From contig JACPTF010000007.1 of assembly GCA_016192915.1 (NCBI GenBank), positions 38,623 to 102,622 of the forward strand: a stretch of DNA of 64,000 nt. The letters run 5' to 3'. The notes below the pieces were generated by a model. That model ran no database searches, was not told the origin of the DNA, and saw only the letters and a program-made list of their open reading frames with translations. Shown here piece after piece: positions 43,008-52,547 of this stretch; position 1 is the first letter of the stretch, and each line of letters begins with the position of its first letter. This DNA is from Candidatus Woesearchaeota archaeon (GTDB taxonomy: Archaea > Nanobdellota > Nanobdellia > Woesearchaeales > UBA10216). Position numbers and translations under genes: made by a program.

Positions 43008-43121
43008 ATGCTGCAATGGCCAGAGCCGTGCCTAAGATGCGGGCATAAGATGGTGGAAACCCACTGCAAAATCTTTTGCCCAAGCTGTGGCTACATGAGG
43101 GACTGCAACGACCAATGGTGA
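43008..43121 (+). CDS. possible 37-aa zinc-ribbon protein
   Basis: Own translation: MLQWPEPCLRCGHKMVETHCKIFCPSCGYMRDCNDQW (CxxC...CxxC). Below the ORF-track cutoff. Confidence 0.35.
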   Translation: MLQWPEPCLRCGHKMVETHCKIFCPSCGYMRDCNDQW

Positions 43122-43143
43122 CAGTGACAGTGGTGGGTTTGAC

Positions 43144-43737
43144 ATGAGATTCCGAAACGACGATTTTCCAATTAAAAAGAAAGGCAATGAGCTCACCGAC
43201 ACAATCGCAGAGGAGCACCCAAAGCACCTCGCGGCTGTCGCAGAGGAGCAGATAAAGGCAATGCACCACCACAATGACGGCAGCCGGGTTGAGCTGCACG
43301 AGGTAGGCTCAAGGGAATTCATTCAGGAGTCAATCCGCAGCAGCCTTGAAGGAAAACTAGGCAGCGGATTTGCAAACGATAGCAATTTCGGCGAGAAAGA
43401 ACAAAACGCCAGCAACCTCAATGCTGCCAAGATAGAATATGAAAGAAAATCCTCACAAAACCAGCCCGGACAGCTTTACGGCAGCCAGCAGTCCGTAACA
43501 GGTGCTGGGGCTGCTACAGGGCACGAAACAGTCATGATGGGCTGCAACTGCGGGGCAGAATGGACGGTAACTGGGCAGAGCACGAAGGCAAACGATTCAA
43601 ATACGGCAGCTGGTGTCAAGATTGAGCAATACGGCTCAGCTTCAGGTGGTGCGGCTGGCTACAGGGCTTCAGGGCCAGGCGGTGAAACGGCAGAGTACAA
43701 AACAGGAGCGGGGCAGCAGCAGGACTATAAAGGATAA
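43144..43737 (+). CDS. hypothetical protein (Gly/Ala/Gln-rich C-terminus)
   Basis: 197 aa ORF, no motif. Confidence 0.35.
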   Translation: MRFRNDDFPIKKKGNELTDTIAEEHPKHLAAVAEEQIKAMHHHNDGSRVELHEVGSREFIQESIRSSLEGKLGSGFANDSNFGEKEQNASNLNAAKIEYERKSSQNQPGQLYGSQQSVTGAGAATGHETVMMGCNCGAEWTVTGQSTKANDSNTAAGVKIEQYGSASGGAAGYRASGPGGETAEYKTGAGQQQDYKG

Positions 43738-43747
43738 TAGATTATTT

Positions 43748-44164
43748 CTAACTACGTAACAAATTAATCACGTCTTTTGTTTTGAGATTGATTATTTTAT
43801 CTTGCTTGTCAAAATGCGCGTCATCAGACCATATAACTGCTTCATCTTGGCTTAGTGCGGTAGCAATGAATGTAACATCTTCAGGGTCAATATGCCCCAT
43901 TACCTGTTTTGCTTCGTCCCAATGTTGCATGATTTCCTCTGCTGAGATTATGCGCATGAATCGAAGCAATGTATGTAGAATAACCAAGTATTCCAGCTCG
44001 GATAAGCCCGACTTTTTGATTATGTAGTTTTTATACTTCCTGATTTTGTGAAGTGCTGGCTCTGGAAAACAAAACTCAAACCCTGAGTTAACAATTATGT
44101 CTCGGGTTGTAGAATCCCTGATTAATGCGGCCAGTAATGGATTTACATCTACGACAATAATCAT
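43748..44164 (-). CDS. vapC: PIN-domain ribonuclease (VapC-like toxin)
   Basis: MIIVVDVNPLLAAL... with conserved acidic positions. 4-nt overlap with the upstream small gene. Confidence 0.65.
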   Translation of the reverse strand: MIIVVDVNPLLAALIRDSTTRDIIVNSGFEFCFPEPALHKIRKYKNYIIKKSGLSELEYLVILHTLLRFMRIISAEEIMQHWDEAKQVMGHIDPEDVTFIATALSQDEAVIWSDDAHFDKQDKIINLKTKDVINLLRS

Positions 44165-44394
44165 CTTTTGTCAAGGTCCTCAAAAGTTTCTCTTTTAATC
44201 TTGTGGGACAGTTCATCTACGTCTTCCTTTGATAGCTTGCTCTTCCGCGCTATTTTATCCATCACGTCCAGCATTTCTACTTTGCCAGCAATTGATTTTC
44301 TAACTACCTCGCTCCATCTAATCTCGGAGTGCTTCCTCATTTTCTCATGCAGCTCATTCGGTATAGCTAATGTTATGTTTGTCATTTCCATCAC
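44161..44394 (-). CDS. putative antitoxin (VapB-like)
   Basis: 77 aa, ITLAIPNELHEKMRK... Operonic with the PIN gene. Confidence 0.5.
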   Translation of the reverse strand: MMEMTNITLAIPNELHEKMRKHSEIRWSEVVRKSIAGKVEMLDVMDKIARKSKLSKEDVDELSHKIKRETFEDLDKR

Positions 44395-44442
44395 CTAAGT
44401 GATTTAATGTGATTTCACATATTTAAATGTTGCGGATTGCTA

Positions 44443-44808
44443 TCACTTAACGAATTCAACATCAGGCATGTTCCTAAAGCCTTCATCGCCTGTAAGAAAG
44501 TTAATCCCAAGCCTTTTTGCCACAGTATACCCGACAACATCAGGTATTGAAAGGTCTTTCATTTCAACTTTCAGGTTCATTGCCTTTTTCACGTCTTCCA
44601 ACGTAACCTCAACCAGAAACGCCTTATAATTATCAACGTATTTGTCAGCAACCTGCCTGCCTTTCTCCTTTTTGAGATTATAGTTCAATTCGGCAAGGTT
44701 AAATATTGTTGTTATAGCGTGTATTTCAGCGTATTTCCTATAAGATGGATTTCCCCTGATTATTTCAAAGAAGGCGTATGTGTCAAAAAGGTATGCCGGG
44801 TCATTCAT
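44443..44808 (-). CDS. vapC: PIN-domain ribonuclease (VapC-like toxin)
   Basis: YLFDTYAFFEIIRG... 8-nt overlap with the AbrB-type gene. Confidence 0.65.
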   Translation of the reverse strand: MNDPAYLFDTYAFFEIIRGNPSYRKYAEIHAITTIFNLAELNYNLKKEKGRQVADKYVDNYKAFLVEVTLEDVKKAMNLKVEMKDLSIPDVVGYTVAKRLGINFLTGDEGFRNMPDVEFVK

Positions 44809-45031
44809 CCCATGCTTCCTCGTCAGATTCCTTTAAAATTTCCTCTGTGGTCTTTTTGAACTTCAATGTCCCGAACGTCTCCTTCAGGACATTTCTCTTT
44901 TTTGTTATCAGCAAAGTTACGGTGTCATTCCTTCCAATGCCTTCCTGCTTCGCGCTCTCTTTAGGCAAAACCACCCCTAAAGACCTTCCCCACTCCCTAA
45001 CCTTTGCCTTAACTTCCAGCACATCAATCAC
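44801..45031 (-). CDS. AbrB/SpoVT-type antitoxin
   Basis: KVREWGRSLGVVLPKESAKQEGIGRNDTVTL looped-hinge-helix pattern. Confidence 0.6.
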   Translation of the reverse strand: MIDVLEVKAKVREWGRSLGVVLPKESAKQEGIGRNDTVTLLITKKRNVLKETFGTLKFKKTTEEILKESDEEAWDE

Positions 45032-45175
45032 CTGATTAATCTTAATCTGATTATATTGATATAACCAAGTTTATAAATCTTTTGGTAAGCTGTGTTATAA
45101 TGTTGTTACTGTTAGATAATCAATCATGGAAAAGCTTAAGTATGAGCATCACTAACGAAGGTAAAGGTGAACTGA

Positions 45176-45664
45176 ATGAGGCATCAAGGAAAAGAGCCAC
45201 TGGAAAGGGATCTTTGTGAGATCCTAGGAATAGAAACCCTGCCAACAGAAGGCGTATTGACACCTGAAATTGCAGAATTATTAAGGCCGGGAGATGAGGT
45301 GCTGTATGACGGCGAACCAAACCCAAGGAACGATTTACCAAGACAAGGATGGTACAAATTAGTTGTAGCTAGTTATCCAGATGGTACGACTCATCATGGC
45401 GTTACACCAAGAATGGGCAGAAGTCCACCTATGTTATATTATGAGCAAACAGATCCAAAAGGATTTTATCGCAAACCTGATAGAAATTTTTATCTTGGAC
45501 TCAATCCGCTAATGTTTCATGATAATGACGTATCAGATCCGGCAGAATTTTATCGAAACATACGACGTGAGGGACCTAAGATTGAAAAGCCGTGGTGCGC
45601 ACACGAATCTACATTTTTTAGTAAGTATAGACTTCAGTTGTCCGTTGGTGTAACTAGTAATTAA
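45176..45664 (+). CDS. hypothetical protein
   Basis: 162 aa ORF, low GC. Confidence 0.4.
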   Translation: MRHQGKEPLERDLCEILGIETLPTEGVLTPEIAELLRPGDEVLYDGEPNPRNDLPRQGWYKLVVASYPDGTTHHGVTPRMGRSPPMLYYEQTDPKGFYRKPDRNFYLGLNPLMFHDNDVSDPAEFYRNIRREGPKIEKPWCAHESTFFSKYRLQLSVGVTSN

Positions 45665-47708
45665 CCAGAATCTCAACATCCTTCCCGAATACCCTTTTCA
45701 GGTCCTCGAAGATTTTCTCCTTGATGAAAGTCTTTGGAGGGATTGCCCGGTTTGCGATAGCTACCTCAAGCTCTTCCTGGCTTGATTCTGTGATTGCTGC
45801 CAGGCCGCCCTCCTCTGTTATCTTCGCCTTTGAAACCTCCTTCTGGGGCTGGTCAATGTCCTTAATTATGAAAGCGTCTGAGTCGAGCAGCACTACCTCG
45901 CCGAACTTGCTGCCATGCTTAATCCTGATTTTGGCGCGCTCCAATTCCCTGCCTCTTTTGCGCTGGATGTACTCGAGCAAGGCAGTAGAGAATTCTGTGG
46001 AGTCCTTCTTGACCTTCTCAATCTCTGCCTTGTTGAGCTTTTTGGCCTCATAGTCCTTCTTTGCCTTGATAATTTCGTTGAGGATTCTCAGAAATTTGGC
46101 CGGAATCCTGTTCTTGCTTATCATCTCATCCTCGAAAGTGCTTACAAGCTCGGCATCATCGACCTTCCCAATGCCTTCTGCCTTCAGGGCATCCCTTATC
46201 ATCGTGACCGTGGTGTCGTACAGCCTGACTATGTTCTCCTCTTCCTTAACCTGCTGGATTTCCTTGAAAAGCTGGCCAATCCTCTTGAGGAATTTATCGC
46301 AGTCAGAAAGCACCTTGTCAATCTCCACTCCTGAGACGTCCTTCCTGTCGCCGTGCTCAAGCTCCTTCCGCATCCTGATGACGGTCTCAAGCGTGTTAAC
46401 GTAAGTTTCCTCCAGCAGCTTCTCCTTCTTGACAAAAATCTCCCTCACAACCTCCGGAGTCTCTTTTGGAGTTGGAGGGGGAATACCGTAAAGCATGATG
46501 GCAGCCTGGGTTGGGGTGAGTATTGCCCAGAACATATCCTCCATGCCAATCTCTTTCAGCTTGAACCTTACCCTCTCAAGGAGCTGCTCGCCAGAGCTCA
46601 TGTAAAGCTCAATCGCTTCTGAGCTGGGCTTAATCCTGCCCATCTGCAGCAGCTGCTTCCACGGCATGAAAATGCCCCTGTCATAAAGGGGAACACCATC
46701 CCTGAGGAAAGTGAAAATTATCGGGTTAGCGTCCTTTATGGACTCCCAGAAGTCAGTCAGGATGTAGACTTGGATGTTGATCTTGTTCCTTACGCCAGTA
46801 ATCTCGCCAGCCTCAATCCCCATGCCGATAATGATGGCGCGGAGCTTGTCCTTCAGCTCAATCCTGCTCATCCTCTTGACATCAGTATCGTCAACAACAA
46901 TGAAAACGTCAATGTCAGATTTTTCGGTTGCCCTGCCCTGAATCAGCGAGCCCGCCAGAACATAGCTTACGATGTAGCGCTCAAACTTCTTGATGACCAT
47001 CTGCTTGTGAATCTCGGAAATGCGCAAGGCGGCAAGCATGCCCGTATCGAAAACAGGCGCTGAGGAGGCGATAAGCTGCAGGAGGTCGTACTTAGCGTCG
47101 TAGCAGTTCTGCCAAAGCTCAGTAAGGATTAAGCACTGCACTACAAGCTTCTTGTCAATCTCAGATGCCATCCCCTGAATTATCGTCTGGAGCTTTGTCT
47201 TCAGCTCGTCCTTTGTCATCTTCTTGCTGTCAGAATCATCAATAAGCACAAGAATGCTGACCTGGTCAGCGGGAGGAACGGGTTGCTGCTGATTATCACT
47301 CTCGGTTTTTTCTTCCGGTTGCTGTGGTGCCTGAACCTGCGATATTTGCTGCTGTGGCATCTGCGGCTGCAGCGTTGGAGGGAGCTGGCCCGGCGCAAAT
47401 ACAGGCTGTTGCGGCATTGGCGGGGGAAGAAGCGCTATTCCCATGATGTACTTGTCAAACTTTGCCAGCGCAGCTGACTTGAACTTGTCAAGCTTAACCT
47501 TGATGTCGCGAAGCTTTTCCTGCGCCTCCTTTGGCAATTTTGACGCCAGAAGCTCGAACTCGTCCACAGGAGCCCCTGCAGCTGCTGCCGCGCCTGCCGC
47601 CTTCTCAATCGCGGAAGCGTCGTACTTTGGCTTTTCATCTCCTTTTGCGACTTTATAATCACTGCTTTTGTTGCTGCCTTTCCTCACGTCATCTTTCCTT
47701 TTTGTCAT
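45654..47708 (-). CDS. large protein with two nucleotidyltransferase-like modules
   Basis: QVSILVLIDDSD and AGSLIQGRATEKSDIDVFIVVDDTD, each followed by a helical region resembling 17678..18508. Gln/Pro-rich linker. Confidence 0.55.
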   Translation of the reverse strand: MTKRKDDVRKGSNKSSDYKVAKGDEKPKYDASAIEKAAGAAAAAGAPVDEFELLASKLPKEAQEKLRDIKVKLDKFKSAALAKFDKYIMGIALLPPPMPQQPVFAPGQLPPTLQPQMPQQQISQVQAPQQPEEKTESDNQQQPVPPADQVSILVLIDDSDSKKMTKDELKTKLQTIIQGMASEIDKKLVVQCLILTELWQNCYDAKYDLLQLIASSAPVFDTGMLAALRISEIHKQMVIKKFERYIVSYVLAGSLIQGRATEKSDIDVFIVVDDTDVKRMSRIELKDKLRAIIIGMGIEAGEITGVRNKINIQVYILTDFWESIKDANPIIFTFLRDGVPLYDRGIFMPWKQLLQMGRIKPSSEAIELYMSSGEQLLERVRFKLKEIGMEDMFWAILTPTQAAIMLYGIPPPTPKETPEVVREIFVKKEKLLEETYVNTLETVIRMRKELEHGDRKDVSGVEIDKVLSDCDKFLKRIGQLFKEIQQVKEEENIVRLYDTTVTMIRDALKAEGIGKVDDAELVSTFEDEMISKNRIPAKFLRILNEIIKAKKDYEAKKLNKAEIEKVKKDSTEFSTALLEYIQRKRGRELERAKIRIKHGSKFGEVVLLDSDAFIIKDIDQPQKEVSKAKITEEGGLAAITESSQEELEVAIANRAIPPKTFIKEKIFEDLKRVFGKDVEILVNY

Positions 47709-47731
47709 TGAAAAAGCGGTGTTCAGGATAG

Positions 47732-47740
47732 TATTTAAAT
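47732..47740 (-). promoter_or_regulatory. TATA box (ATTTAAATA on minus) for 45654..47708
   Basis: About 32 nt upstream of ATG 47708 (leaderless). Confidence 0.45.
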
Positions 47741-47790
47741 GTTTGCAGCCGCAGTTTTGTATCTACAAACGAGTGGTCAAAATAGAAAGA

Positions 47791-47800
47791 TTTAAATATA
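47791..47800 (+). promoter_or_regulatory. TATA box TTTAAATATA for 47883..48677
   Basis: Divergent partner of the previous box. GAGGTGG precedes ATG 47883. Confidence 0.4.
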
Positions 47801-47882
47801 ACCTGAACGGATTAAAAATAGCATTAAATATAACATGTTGAATCATTGTTTATTAGACAAATGAAACACGAGGTGGTTGATA

Positions 47883-48677
47883 ATGCCAAGGGAAGAAAAA
47901 TCTAAAACTATTGACGATATACTTAATTCTATACACGCACAACCTACTCATGACATTGCCAAAAATCTTGAAGCTTACGATGCGCATCACAAGCCTGAGA
48001 ACCAGCAAAAACTTTTCAATGAGCTGTTTGCGCCAGCCATCGATGAGTTTTACAACGCACTGAAGGTGCAACTAGACGCCGCCTTCAAAGGCGCTGGCGG
48101 AGATACAGCAAAAGTTAAGGAAAAGATGCCTGAAGTACGAAAAGCACTTGTTGAGTCCCTCAAGAAGTTTTTTGCAAAAGCAATGCCTTCAGCATTGGAA
48201 GCTATTGAGGGAATTACAGACGCCGAACAGCAATACAGAGTGCTGGCACATTTCTATGATACACAAGTTTTAGGCGCCGAAACTCAGCAAGATGCCCAAA
48301 GGTTAGCGCAAGCGGGTACGATAACATTACAGCAGTATGTTGCAGCTATTGAACAGGGGGATTTAAGTGTAGGGCAAATAAAAGAAGGCTTATATATGCA
48401 AAAAGCTCAACACGCAAGACAAGCCAGAACAGGGCTTAACGAAAAAGCAGAGCTGCATTATATAGCTGGAATACCTGCTCACAGGCTGGCAAGGCACTTA
48501 AAGCCGGAAATTGAAAAAACGCATACAATAGACGACATTGCTGGCTACGTCACCATGGGCCACGAGGGGCTTATGGAAATAAGAAACGCGCTGAAAACAG
48601 GTCAATGGCCGCAGCAAAGAGCTGGACCAGCCCATTACGGCTTGAAGGCTAAGGAAGCACAACAGCAACGACAGTAG
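47883..48677 (+). CDS. hypothetical protein
   Basis: 264 aa helical ORF. ATG after the SD-like GAGGTGG. Confidence 0.45.
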   Translation: MPREEKSKTIDDILNSIHAQPTHDIAKNLEAYDAHHKPENQQKLFNELFAPAIDEFYNALKVQLDAAFKGAGGDTAKVKEKMPEVRKALVESLKKFFAKAMPSALEAIEGITDAEQQYRVLAHFYDTQVLGAETQQDAQRLAQAGTITLQQYVAAIEQGDLSVGQIKEGLYMQKAQHARQARTGLNEKAELHYIAGIPAHRLARHLKPEIEKTHTIDDIAGYVTMGHEGLMEIRNALKTGQWPQQRAGPAHYGLKAKEAQQQRQ

Positions 48678-48705
48678 CTTCTTTTCTTTTTCTTTTCATT
48701 CTTAT
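48678..48705 (+). terminator. T-rich terminator tract
   Basis: cttcttttctttttcttttcattcttat after the stop. Confidence 0.45.
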
Positions 48706-48787
48706 TAATTATTTCAGAAACCTATAAATACAACTGCCGCTGAGTGGCAGCTATAGCTACTTTGTAAGTAGCTTGCGAGTTTTTGAA

Positions 48788-50719
48788 ATGGCAACAGCAA
48801 AGAAGGGTAAAGGCGCAGCAGCCACAATTAAGATTACTTTTCCTGACGGCGCTTCTAAGGAGTTTGCAAAAGGCATAACAGCACTTGATGTAGCGAAGAG
48901 TATAAGTCGCGGCCTTGCAGAAGAGGCCATTGCTGCCAAGGTTAACGGTGTTCTTTACGACCTTACAAGGCCGATTGAGTCTGATGCATCACTGCAGCTG
49001 CTGAAGTTTGACTCTGCTGAAGGAAAAAGCGTGTTCTGGCACTCTGCAGCTCATGTCATGGCGCAGGCAGTTACGAGGCTGTTCCCTTTTGCCAAGCTCA
49101 CCATCGGGCCCCCATTTGAAAACGGATTCTACTATGATATTGATCACGAGCCATTCAGGCCCGAGGATCTTGAGAAGATTGAGAAGGAAATGGCCAAGAT
49201 TGTTGCTGAGAAGCTTGACATCAAAAGGGAAGCCCTCGCAAAAGAAGAGGCAATGAAGATGTTCAAGGACAACCATTACAAGATTGAGATAATTGAGGAG
49301 GACATAGCAGCAGGCGTTGAACTGACTGCGTACCGGCAGGGAGAGTTTGTTGACCTGTGCAGGGGCCCGCACGTGCCAAACACGGGCTACACCAAGGCAT
49401 TCAAGCTTACGAAGATAGCTGGGGCGTATTGGAGGGGTGACGTCAAAAACAAGCAGCTGCAGCGATTATACGGGATTGCGTTTCCAAGCAGGCAGCAGAT
49501 GGACAGCTACTTCAAAATGCTTGAGGAAGCTGAAAAACGCGACCACCGCAAGCTGGGCAAGGAGCTTGAGCTTTTCATGTTCCACGACTGGAGCCCTGGA
49601 AGCGCGTTCTTCCTGCCAAAAGGCGCGATAATCTACAACGAGCTCACCAACTTTATCAGGGAGGAATACCTTAAACGCGGATACAAGGAAGTGATTACGC
49701 CTCAGCTGTTCAACAAGGCACTCTGGGAATTGTCAGGGCACTGGCAGCACTTCAAGGAAAACATGTTCGTGCTGAAAGTGGACGAGGACGAATTCGCGCT
49801 GAAGCCAATGAACTGCCCAAGCCACGTCCTGATTTTCAAGAACAGGACAAGGAGCTACAGGGAGCTGCCGTTGAGGATTGCTGATTTCTGTGTGTTGCAC
49901 AGGAACGAGCTCAGGGGGGTGCTTGGAGGTCTCACAAGGGTTAGGAAGCTGTCACAGGATGATGCCCACATATTTTGCACAAAGGAGCAGATTAACCGGG
50001 AGATAATGCAGCTGCTGGATTTTGTCAAGTTTGTTTACGTTGACACGTTCAAGTTTGAGTTCAAGGCAAAGCTAAGCACAAAGCCCGAGAAGTTCATGGG
50101 CGACCCGCAGCTGTGGATGCTGGCAGAAGAGGCGCTTGAGGATGCGCTCAAGGCAAGCAAGCTGAAGTACGAAGTGAAGCAAGGAGAAGGCGCCTTTTAC
50201 GGCCCTAAGATTGACTTTGATGTCCGTGACTCAATTGGGAGGGACTGGCAGCTCGCAACCATCCAGCTCGACTTCCAGATGCCGATAAAGATGGAAGCAG
50301 AGTACGAAGGGCAGGATGGGAAGAGACACCCCGCTGTCATGATACACAGGGCAATCCTTGGCAGCCTGGAGCGCTTTATCGGAGTCCTCACAGAGCACTA
50401 CGCAGGAAAGTTCCCGCTGTGGCTGAGCCCTGTGCAAGTCAGGATACTCACTGTGGCAGACAGGTTCAATGACTATGCTAACCAGTTGCAGAGAAGGTAT
50501 TTTGAAGCAGGCATCCGCGTTGAGGCCGATGAAAAGGCCGAAAGCGTGCCTTACAAGGTAAGGGAAGCTGAACTGGACAAAGTCAACTACATTCTCGTTG
50601 TTGGAGAAAAGGAGGTTGCGGCCAATACCGTAACCGTGAGAAAGGGCAAGGAGCAGTTTACAGTGGATGCAGACAAATTCTTGCGGCAGGTTGTGGAGGA
50701 GATAGAAAAAAGAGCCTAA
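48788..50719 (+). CDS. thrS: threonyl-tRNA synthetase
   Basis: TGS domain (IKITFPDGASKEF), editing domain, class II core (FRNE-like HRNELRG, GAFYGPKIDF) and anticodon-binding domain. ATG at 48788 chosen. Confidence 0.95.
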   Translation: MATAKKGKGAAATIKITFPDGASKEFAKGITALDVAKSISRGLAEEAIAAKVNGVLYDLTRPIESDASLQLLKFDSAEGKSVFWHSAAHVMAQAVTRLFPFAKLTIGPPFENGFYYDIDHEPFRPEDLEKIEKEMAKIVAEKLDIKREALAKEEAMKMFKDNHYKIEIIEEDIAAGVELTAYRQGEFVDLCRGPHVPNTGYTKAFKLTKIAGAYWRGDVKNKQLQRLYGIAFPSRQQMDSYFKMLEEAEKRDHRKLGKELELFMFHDWSPGSAFFLPKGAIIYNELTNFIREEYLKRGYKEVITPQLFNKALWELSGHWQHFKENMFVLKVDEDEFALKPMNCPSHVLIFKNRTRSYRELPLRIADFCVLHRNELRGVLGGLTRVRKLSQDDAHIFCTKEQINREIMQLLDFVKFVYVDTFKFEFKAKLSTKPEKFMGDPQLWMLAEEALEDALKASKLKYEVKQGEGAFYGPKIDFDVRDSIGRDWQLATIQLDFQMPIKMEAEYEGQDGKRHPAVMIHRAILGSLERFIGVLTEHYAGKFPLWLSPVQVRILTVADRFNDYANQLQRRYFEAGIRVEADEKAESVPYKVREAELDKVNYILVVGEKEVAANTVTVRKGKEQFTVDADKFLRQVVEEIEKRA

Positions 50720-50734
50720 AAACAGTGGTGTAAA

Positions 50735-50872
50735 ATGCAATTTAAAACGAAAATAGGGAAAAAATGGGAAGTAATAATCCCAAAGGCAATTCTAGATGAT
50801 TTTGGAGTAAGCCCTGGGGAGGAAATAATCATGATTTATGAAGAAAATAAGCTGATAATAAGGAAACCCTAA
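50735..50872 (+). CDS. 45-aa AbrB/SpoVT-domain protein (orphan antitoxin-like)
   Basis: Own translation: MQFKTKIGKKWEVIIPKAILDDFGVSPGEEIIMIYEENKLIIRKP. Confidence 0.45.
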   Translation: MQFKTKIGKKWEVIIPKAILDDFGVSPGEEIIMIYEENKLIIRKP

Positions 50873-50925
50873 CGCCCTTTAAAAACAGGTAGGTTTAAAT
50901 ATTAGCAGCCTCGCCCTAAGCCCCT

Positions 50926-51120
50926 ATGGGGCAGCAGGAAGTCAGCGATTTTTTGAAGAAATACAGGGCAAAGTGGTTCACTTCAAAGCAGATAGCCAAA
51001 AGCCTCAAGGTGAGCACGGGCTCTGTAATAAACAACTTATCAAAGCTCCGAAAGAGCAAGCAGGTGCTTTTCAAGAAGGCAGGGCGAGCCAACCAGTACA
51101 TCTACAAGTATAAGGCGTAA
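50926..51120 (+). CDS. small wHTH protein
   Basis: FTSKQIAKSLKVSTGSVINNLSKLRKSKQV. Confidence 0.5.
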   Translation: MGQQEVSDFLKKYRAKWFTSKQIAKSLKVSTGSVINNLSKLRKSKQVLFKKAGRANQYIYKYKA

Positions 51121-51129
51121 ACTCTTGCG

Positions 51130-51414
51130 ATGATAATCCGCTTTACTGCTTCCAACGTCGTTGCAATGATTCTCTTTATTCCGCTTCTTATCGCCATAGG
51201 GCTAGTTCTCGCCTTTATTGTTCCGCTGCTTGCGTTAATAATAGCTGCAGCCTCGATTTTATTTTTGGGCCTGTACGCCCTTGCGAAGATTGGCTTGATT
51301 AAGAAGCAACAGGTTCGCATTGGCGGCACCAGCGGTAGCAGCGGAGGGCATTCTTCAGAATCGCATAAAAAAGGGGAATCCACACTGGAAGTCAAGGATT
51401 ATAGAGTAAGGTAA
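51130..51414 (+). CDS. small membrane protein
   Basis: Two hydrophobic helices, then a Gly/Ser-rich tail. Confidence 0.4.
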   Translation: MIIRFTASNVVAMILFIPLLIAIGLVLAFIVPLLALIIAAASILFLGLYALAKIGLIKKQQVRIGGTSGSSGGHSSESHKKGESTLEVKDYRVR

Positions 51415-51462
51415 CATAGAACAGTGCAGATAAGGCAAATTCGCTGAATTCTTTGCCAAAAA

Positions 51463-51470
51463 GTATATTA
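51463..51470 (+). promoter_or_regulatory. TATA-like box GTATATTA for the GGPP synthase gene
   Basis: 31 nt upstream of ATG 51494. Confidence 0.4.
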
Positions 51471-51493
51471 AGCCCTTGCGGTTGCCGGCACGC

Positions 51494-52543
51494 ATGGATT
51501 TTGGGAGCTACAAATACAGGGAAGATATTGAAAAGGCGCTCAAGAGCTTCCTGCCTGATAAGCTGACAGCAGATTGGGCTGAGAAAGCCATTGGGAAAGC
51601 AAAATGGAAGCAGGACGCAGAAGCCCTGACAAAAGCCATTAGCGAGCCTGTGTGGGACTTTCTGAACAGGGGTGGCAAGCGGTTCCGGCCCATTGCAATG
51701 CTGATGTGCTGCGAGGCTGTAGGCGGCAACCCGAAAAAAATTTTGCCATTCACTGTGATTCCAGAGCTGATTCATAACGGAACCCTCGTTGTTGATGACA
51801 TCGAGGACAACTCAGACCTAAGACGAGGGAAGCCTGTCCTTCACAAGATTTTCGGCGTTGACATCGCAGTAAATGCAGGGAACACGCTATGCTTCCTGCC
51901 ATACATAATCATCCGCGATTCTGACTTACCCGCGGAAATGAAAAGAAGGGCTTACGAGATAATAAGCACAGAACTGCTGAAGTGCCATTTTGGGCAGGCG
52001 ATTGACATATGGTGGCACAGCGGAAAATCAGGGCGAATTCCTAGTGAAGAGGAATACCTCCAGATGTGCGCCAATAAAAGCGGTTCGCTTGCCTGCATGA
52101 CCGTGAAACTCGGCGCACTGCTTGGCGGGGGAAGCAACAGGCAGGTTGAGGCTCTTGGAAATTTTGGCCAAGCAGCCGGCGTCGTCTTCCAAATCCGGGA
52201 TGATATCCTTAACATTGCAGAGAACAACCGCATAGGGAAGGAATTCGGGGACGACATTAAGGAAGGAAAGAGGACGATGCTTGTGATTCACACGCTTAAT
52301 TCTGCCAGCAAAGATGAGCGGGAACGCCTGCTTGCCATACTTAACATGCACACGAAGGATGAGAGGCTGCTGGAGGAAGCAATTAGCATCATTAAAAAAT
52401 CCGATTCGATAGCTCATGCCGAAAATGTGGCTCGCCAGATAACCGAGAACGCGTGGCACGAGGTAGATGCAGTACTGCCAGAATCAGAAGCCAAGGGCCA
52501 GCTTAAAGAGCTTGCGCAGATGCTGATAAGCAGGTCGGTTTAA
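51494..52543 (+). CDS. idsA: polyprenyl (geranylgeranyl) diphosphate synthase
   Basis: FARM LVVDDIEDNSDLRRG and SARM FQIRDDILN. Confidence 0.85.
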   Translation: MDFGSYKYREDIEKALKSFLPDKLTADWAEKAIGKAKWKQDAEALTKAISEPVWDFLNRGGKRFRPIAMLMCCEAVGGNPKKILPFTVIPELIHNGTLVVDDIEDNSDLRRGKPVLHKIFGVDIAVNAGNTLCFLPYIIIRDSDLPAEMKRRAYEIISTELLKCHFGQAIDIWWHSGKSGRIPSEEEYLQMCANKSGSLACMTVKLGALLGGGSNRQVEALGNFGQAAGVVFQIRDDILNIAENNRIGKEFGDDIKEGKRTMLVIHTLNSASKDERERLLAILNMHTKDERLLEEAISIIKKSDSIAHAENVARQITENAWHEVDAVLPESEAKGQLKELAQMLISRSV

Positions 52544-52547
52544 CTCA

